From the IMG/VR virus record IMGVR_UViG_3300017989_004886: a stretch of 64,000 bases of DNA; one strand, written 5' to 3'. The translations under genes and the position numbers were made by a program. The notes under the pieces are model-generated. The model did no database searches. It worked only from the letters and a program-made list of their open reading frames with translations, and was not told the DNA's origin. This stretch comes from a virus. Positions 62,621 to 64,000 of the stretch are shown in pieces (within the stretch, counting starts at the first letter, position 1; every line of letters begins with the position of its first letter).

Positions 62621-64000
62621 CTATAATTTAGTTCTTAGTTGGAACTGACAAATGATCCATAAAAGAGGAAATACTGGCTGATAAAAAGCCTCGACATTAC
62701 ATATCGTAGGATCACTCGCATCCACCTCGGCACTCACCCCCTTGTAATCACTTATAATCTCAGCCTGAACAAGCATCTTTAATGTATTTGCGAGAGCTGT
62801 CTCAACATCACCTAAAACACTACTCAGGAATTTCACACCAATAAATCTCTGCAAGTTAAATCTTGCAACCTGCTGTACATAATCAGCAATTGCTGTAACT
62901 GATGGAGTCCTCGTTAACACATTGTCTATCTTTGTCGTAAGTGATTGTCTGATAACTAAATTCGGATCGAGATCTTCGACCACTGTCAAACCAGAAATGG
63001 CTGTCTGGTTCTGCTCAACAGAATCAAGTTGTCTTGTTAGTCTCTTAAACCCAAGCAGATACTTATTGGTCATTGGGGTTGCTACATCATACTGTGGAGA
63101 TACATTTAAGCCAGCAAATGCAGCAGACATAAATGTACTATCAATCGCATACTCTTGTTCAGATCCATATTCATCAATTAAACCAATTACTGCTCCATCT
63201 GGATAGATACCCCACATTCTTGAAGAATTGGTATTACGAGCAATTACTTGAGCCTCATTAGGAGTTGTTCCTAGCGAAAATCCAAAGAGGCCCACTCGCT
63301 CTGCTCTATAACGAATAGAACTCATCTGCTCAACATGAGCCTTCAGAGCAACACGAACTGAATCATCTGTGGTCAAGGGTAATACGAAGTTCGGAAGATA
63401 AATTCTTTGTATAGGTTTTTCTAAATTTGTTAATGCGGTTATATAACTGGCTGGTGCTGCCTGGTTCTCACCAGTCTCTTTAAGAACTTGACAAAGGCCT
63501 AAAGCGATTGCACCATTCTGGAAGGCAAGATAAGCGGCGAGAGTCAATTCATTTGTTGTACTAAGGGGCCCAAAATCAGCTTCTACATCCTTAAATCGAG
63601 TGTAAATCTTACAAGAGTAATCTGTTTTAGCGTATTCATAAGTTACATAATAAAAATCACCGATACCAGGTTCATTGCCCGATTTGTCGTAAGTACAAAT
63701 TGTTGCAGTGTCTCCCACATTTATACCAGTCGTATTTATAACAATTGTCCAGAGTCCTGGAATCGACAAAATCGGTTGATTGCTTGTTGTGTGATTTGCG
63801 ACTGTCTGGAATTGTAAGGTGTCACCTGTCTGATAAGTAACAGTGGAACCCTGTCTTATTGTAAATCTAACCCCAGTCGTTCCATCAATATAAGTCTTTT
63901 CCAACTCTCCTGTTCCTGAAGACCCACTTGGAGCAAGAGATGAAGTTACGCTATAAGTCGTAGACGAAGTAAAGGTTACTGTAACTATTTCTAAAGGAGA
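62621..64000 (-). CDS. Contractile tail sheath protein, 5'-partial
   Basis: Frame open to window end; AAFAGL, P.T.K.L.GF, IRQSLTT, FYQPVFPL.WI C-terminal sheath motifs. Confidence 0.85.
   Translation of the reverse strand, partial: SPLEIVTVTFTSSTTYSVTSSLAPSGSSGTGELEKTYIDGTTGVRFTIRQGSTVTYQTGDTLQFQTVANHTTSNQPILSIPGLWTIVINTTGINVGDTATICTYDKSGNEPGIGDFYYVTYEYAKTDYSCKIYTRFKDVEADFGPLSTTNELTLAAYLAFQNGAIALGLCQVLKETGENQAAPASYITALTNLEKPIQRIYLPNFVLPLTTDDSVRVALKAHVEQMSSIRYRAERVGLFGFSLGTTPNEAQVIARNTNSSRMWGIYPDGAVIGLIDEYGSEQEYAIDSTFMSAAFAGLNVSPQYDVATPMTNKYLLGFKRLTRQLDSVEQNQTAISGLTVVEDLDPNLVIRQSLTTKIDNVLTRTPSVTAIADYVQQVARFNLQRFIGVKFLSSVLGDVETALANTLKMLVQAEIISDYKGVSAEVDASDPTICNVEAFYQPVFPLLWIICQFQLRTKL

Noticed and set aside
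561-63206. Most short plus-strand ORFs in the track (e.g. 561-911, 27405-27848, 57411-57797, 62922-63206)
   Set aside because: Antisense to well-supported minus-strand genes and without recognisable motifs
1-64000. CRISPR array or Cas12 call for the TnpB-like genes
   Set aside because: No regularly spaced repeat-spacer array or cas1/cas2 seen; the repeats found are dispersed pairs

Overview
AT-rich segment of a large myovirus-like (jumbo-type) bacteriophage, almost all on the minus strand. 0.5-31.6 kb holds two glycosyltransferases, a set of paralogous tail-fibre genes, baseplate genes, a tape-measure-like gene, chaperones and the tail tube. 31.6-62.5 kb is a ~31 kb accessory island separating the tail tube from the tail sheath (62.6 kb to the window end). 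The island carries 9 tRNAs (one tRNA-Leu(UAA) split by a 221-nt group I intron), a pseudo-tRNA, homing-type nucleases, kptA with an in-frame stop, a nucleotidyltransferase, an RCC1 lipoprotein and many small ORFs. Three transposase-less TnpB genes are present. Main leads: (i) two paralogous TnpBs sharing a covarying 138-nt omegaRNA-like tail with different guides, one between two tRNAs and both behind a recurrent phage promoter-like motif; (ii) a 101-bp IS200/IS605-end mini-element that precisely interrupts a zinc-finger gene, with a second copy of its end elsewhere; (iii) an unexplained ~197-nt GC-rich multi-stem RNA candidate and two smaller ones; (iv) a duplicated late cassette of proteins sharing an N-terminal LKKLA motif. 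All calls are by eye; no searches were run.
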